From contig NC_052159.1 in NCBI RefSeq assembly GCF_902713615.1, positions 70,656,520 through 70,720,519 on the forward strand: DNA of 64,000 nt, in the 5' to 3' direction. Shown piece after piece: positions 60,401 through 64,000 of this stretch. The translations under genes and the position numbers were made by a program. Source of the DNA: Scyliorhinus canicula. Lineage: Eukaryota. The notes beneath the pieces were generated by a model, which saw only the letters and a list, made by a program, of their open reading frames with translations, searched no databases and had not been told where the DNA came from. Every line of letters begins with the position of its first letter. Position 1 is the first letter of the stretch.

Positions 60401-62269
60401 CCCAGCCAATATTTTAACTATCTGCCGATGAAAGGCATACTGTCCAAGAAAGTGAGAAACAAACCTGTAGGGGATATTCTTTCTCCACTCGAGCTGCTTC
60501 AAGAAATCAATGGAATTGGCAAACGATTTGTTGCTAAATGCCTAAATTTTCCAATAAACCAAATAGATAATATGTCTCAATTAGTGAGTGCAGCTTCAAA
60601 CATAGACATTGGTTTAGAAATGTAAATTTTTGAGTGCACGTGCATTTGTTCAGGGTTCATTTGGGCTACCTGCAGTGCCTGTCTGTAGCCCATTAATCTT
60701 TTAAGGTGAATATTGAGTATGATTTGCCTCACACCATGTTGACACTATTAAATCAAAGTATAACAGACTGAATCACTGGCAGAATGGGCACATTTTAACA
60801 CTTATTGTGGGCTTGCCCTTTAGTTTGTCATTTTGCCACAAGCTGGCCAACGTCTTGAGGAGTACAATATCTGTAGGTGCATATTTCCAGCAGTTTGTCA
60901 GTGTGCATGCCACAAAAAAACTATTTTGTTGTCAGCTCTGCAAAGCAATTGCAAGGCTCGACACATTGCACTTAAGTGCATTCTTAGAACTTGAATGGAT
61001 TCTGCAGTCACCACAATGAGGAGATAGTTTACAGGAAAGATAATAGTTTCAGATATTGAAAGTGCCAGTAATATAGATAGACATTGATAGCTCATCTGAA
61101 GTGGGCTAGAGGTGTGTGGTGGTGTGAAAATTGGTCACAATATATATGACAAAGGAGGGAAAAAGATCAGTCAAGGATGTTGTTGCTGCTATAAATGTGT
61201 GCACATTGTGTTTGTGTTTACATGATGGATGAAGACAAGAATGTGTTCAGCTGCATTATCATACAGAACTGCTCACTGGCCTCGTGGATGAAATATGATC
61301 ACTTGGGCAAAGTATTGGGGGACTGCCAGCACTGTACAAAGTCAAAACAGCTGATTCCAACATATTACTGCCTCCAATGAGAGAGAGGAAAATTAGAGAA
61401 AGATGTTCCAACTAAGAATTGGAATAAGATGCTTTGGGAATTTTATGGCCACCGTGTCAAACCAGAAAGAAGGTGGCTGCTGGGCAACAAGTTAGTTTAA
61501 ATCTATTTTGTGGGATGTGGATGTCACTGGCTCGGCCAACATTTATTCTCCATCCCTGTAGAATGTGGTGGCAAGCTGCCTTCTTGAACCATTGCAGTAC
61601 ACCCATAGTGCTGTTAGGGAAGGAGCTCCAGGATTTTGACCCAGTGACAGTGAAGGAACACCAAGTCAGGATGGTGAGAGGCTTGAAGGGGATCCTCCAG
61701 GTGGCTGAGCTGAGAACATTTTAATACATAATACCTCCTACTTGTAAGATTATTCATTGGAACATACCTGTCATTCCATCAAATACTTTTCTAAAATGCT
61801 ATTCTGATTAAATGTTTAAATTTATATCTATAAACCTTCAGTTTATTGTTTTGAATGTGAAGAATAAATCATTCAATTGTCATATTCCTCCTAATCTTTA
61901 AAGCAATTATATTGAGACTTAAGCCCCAATTTTAAGTGAGAATGGAGTTGGAGGATATAATGATAGAAGTGCACAGTGACTCCACAATTGCACAAGATGT
62001 GATGGCCTGGTTGCTTTTAATGATCAGGCCTAATTTTGTTAAGGCAGAGGTTAAGCCAGAGGCTCAGGTGGCAGAGTTTCTAGTCAGAGTCCCAACCACT
62101 GAAAGGACCCCTCCAGTTCTTCAACTGGATGGCTGAATTCAGTCAGAGTTCACATGTGGAGAATGGTGCATTCTTGTTGGTCAGCACCTAGATGGCTACA
62201 AAAAATATATGGCGCTGTCCAGATTATCCGACAATTCACTGAAAGTGATGATAGCTGCAATAACATCAG

Positions 62270-62840
62270 GAAAAATGTGCTGCTCTGTATAAATGGGAAC
62301 AAGAGATCTGATGACCCAACTAAGAAGGTATGGTTTCCTGCCGTCCAAGAAGTCAGGAGCAGGATTATGATACCAAGGGATAGGATCCAGTGTAAGAACC
62401 ATTTTAATAGCTTCACTAGGTCTGGGACGATCAATCCAGATACTTTTTTTCTGAACTCTTCCAAGCATCTGGTTTTACATCCTCTTATGCCTCAGATTAT
62501 TCACAAGGTACACTGTTCCACCTCTCATCTTTACTTTTAACACATGCTCACTTCATATTTCCTTTTTTCATTGCTGAGGCAAGCATCATCCTCATCTCAT
62601 CTCTATGCTACTCAATCCACACCTCGTTCAGCAATCCTTCTCAATTCACACTGTAACCACTTACTGTAACTGTCTGACATACCCACTCCCATACTTCTGT
62701 CTGATTTTCCCTTTTACATAATGCACTATATGCATAAGAAGCACACATCCTTGCTTGCCCCTCATAATGCTGTCCAACTCCTTTTACAGAGGAGAATGCA
62801 GAACAGTTTAGCATGGGCCAGGATTGATGGAAGTGATCAG
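62270..62840 (+). mobile_element. Decayed Harbinger Myb/SANT-like ORF
   Basis: TKKVW...VQEVRSR...PRDRIQCKNHFNSFTRSG, then a pyrimidine-rich intron-like stretch and a ttttacag acceptor at ~62790. Confidence 0.6.
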
Positions 62841-62990
62841 GGTGGTGGAGAACCCAATGAAGATAGTATGGCATGTAGTATTGGCAGCAGTGGTAATGTT
62901 GAGATTGGTAGCTTGGTAGAGCAGGGTAACTGATTTAACCTGAAACCCCTTCACTCTCCTACAACCAACTGCACCTTCAGATCACTTAGA

Positions 62991-63274
62991 ACATACATAG
63001 AATATACATACAGTGCAGAAGGAGGCCATTCGGCCCATCGAGTCTGCACCGACCCACTTAAGCCCTCACTTCCACCCTATCCCCATAACCCAATAACCCC
63101 TCCTAACATTTTTGGTCACTAACGGCAATTTATCATGGCTAATCCACCTAACCTGCATGTCTTTGAACTGTGGGAGGAAACCGGAGCACCCGGAGGAAAC
63201 CCACGCAGACACAGGGAGAATGTGCAGACTCCGCACAGATAGTGTCCCAGCGGGGAATCGAACCTGGGACCCTG
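62991..63274 (-). mobile_element. HE1-like SINE, 5'-truncated
   Basis: Closely similar to the SINE at 24261-24599 (GGGAGGAAACCGGAGCACCCGGAGGAAACCCACGCA core). Confidence 0.88.
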
Positions 63275-64000
63275 ACTGACGGTCAAATGTTTAATAGGCA
63301 CATTTACATTTTTGTATTGCCATTACTAAACCTTCAACATTTCCCTTTCCTACAAATCATTCATATGAAGAAGAAAAGCATATGTCTACAGAGGAAGGGG
63401 ACAGCTTGGAAGAACTCACCGCTCTTAAGACCACACCAGCTAACTAACAGCTACATCTGTTGCGGGCAACAGTGCAGAGACTAGCATATAGAGTGGCCAC
63501 ATTAAGAACTTAGATGTGCCAGCACCTGCTGGATCTCACAGAAGGACTGAGCAGTATCAGAATATGCTGGTAGGAATAAGTGAAGAGAATAGACAATGGA
63601 AGGTACATCACTTTCCTAGCAATGCCCAATAGGGCACAGCTGTAGAACTCCATGGTCCAGCCATGAATATGGGAACACTGGAAACAGAGGAACAAATGTG
63701 TGTGGTGTAGATATTGCTGAAAGCCACTCAACTTATTATGACAGGTCGGATGTGGGATGCCACTGATGGAAGTTCTGGTTAGACCTGGAATTTGCACTCA
63801 GCTCTGAGCACGGCACTTCAAGAATAAAATATTGGTCTTGGGAGAGAATTGCAGTACAGATTCCCCGGAATGACACTGCAAAATATGAGAATAGGCTGCA
63901 TGGACGAGGCTTATTTTTTTTGTGGATTTGATTTTTAATTGTGATGATTACAGGGTCTTCTAGATAGAGAGGAGTCTTTTCCTTTGTGGAGTTCAGCACA

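Overview
Vertebrate, repeat-dominated genomic DNA, not prokaryotic. The repeat content (HE1-type tRNA SINEs, CR1 LINEs with short simple-repeat tails, Gypsy LTR elements, long G/C homopolymers) points to a cartilaginous fish, probably a catshark-like shark (inference). Most of the window is transposon-derived: near-complete and truncated CR1/L2/Rex1/L1 LINEs, three decayed Gypsy proviruses plus solo LTRs, two SINE families, decayed PIF/Harbinger elements and a family of CpG-rich, multi-palindromic MITEs (14-bp TIR GGGCGVGATTCTCC, usually a 3-bp TSD). The only convincing host-gene sequence is a minus-strand first coding exon (28067-28246). It encodes a signal peptide and the start of a subtilisin/kexin proprotein-convertase prodomain that is divergent from furin and PCSK1, with a candidate TATA promoter about 0.8 kb upstream. 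Main observations: (1) this divergent convertase; (2) the MITEs carry NRF1/CRE/YY1-like motifs arranged as palindromes, one copy lies about 1.2 kb upstream of the convertase promoter candidate, and one copy has inserted into its own family member in reverse orientation; (3) a ~410-bp inverted templated insertion copied from 7 kb away into a CR1; (4) a microhomology-flanked inversion-deletion that breaks at a MITE terminus. I cannot demonstrate a wholly new biological system from sequence alone; the convertase and the MITE system are the best leads. Nearly all ORFs in the supplied track are spurious or TE-derived.
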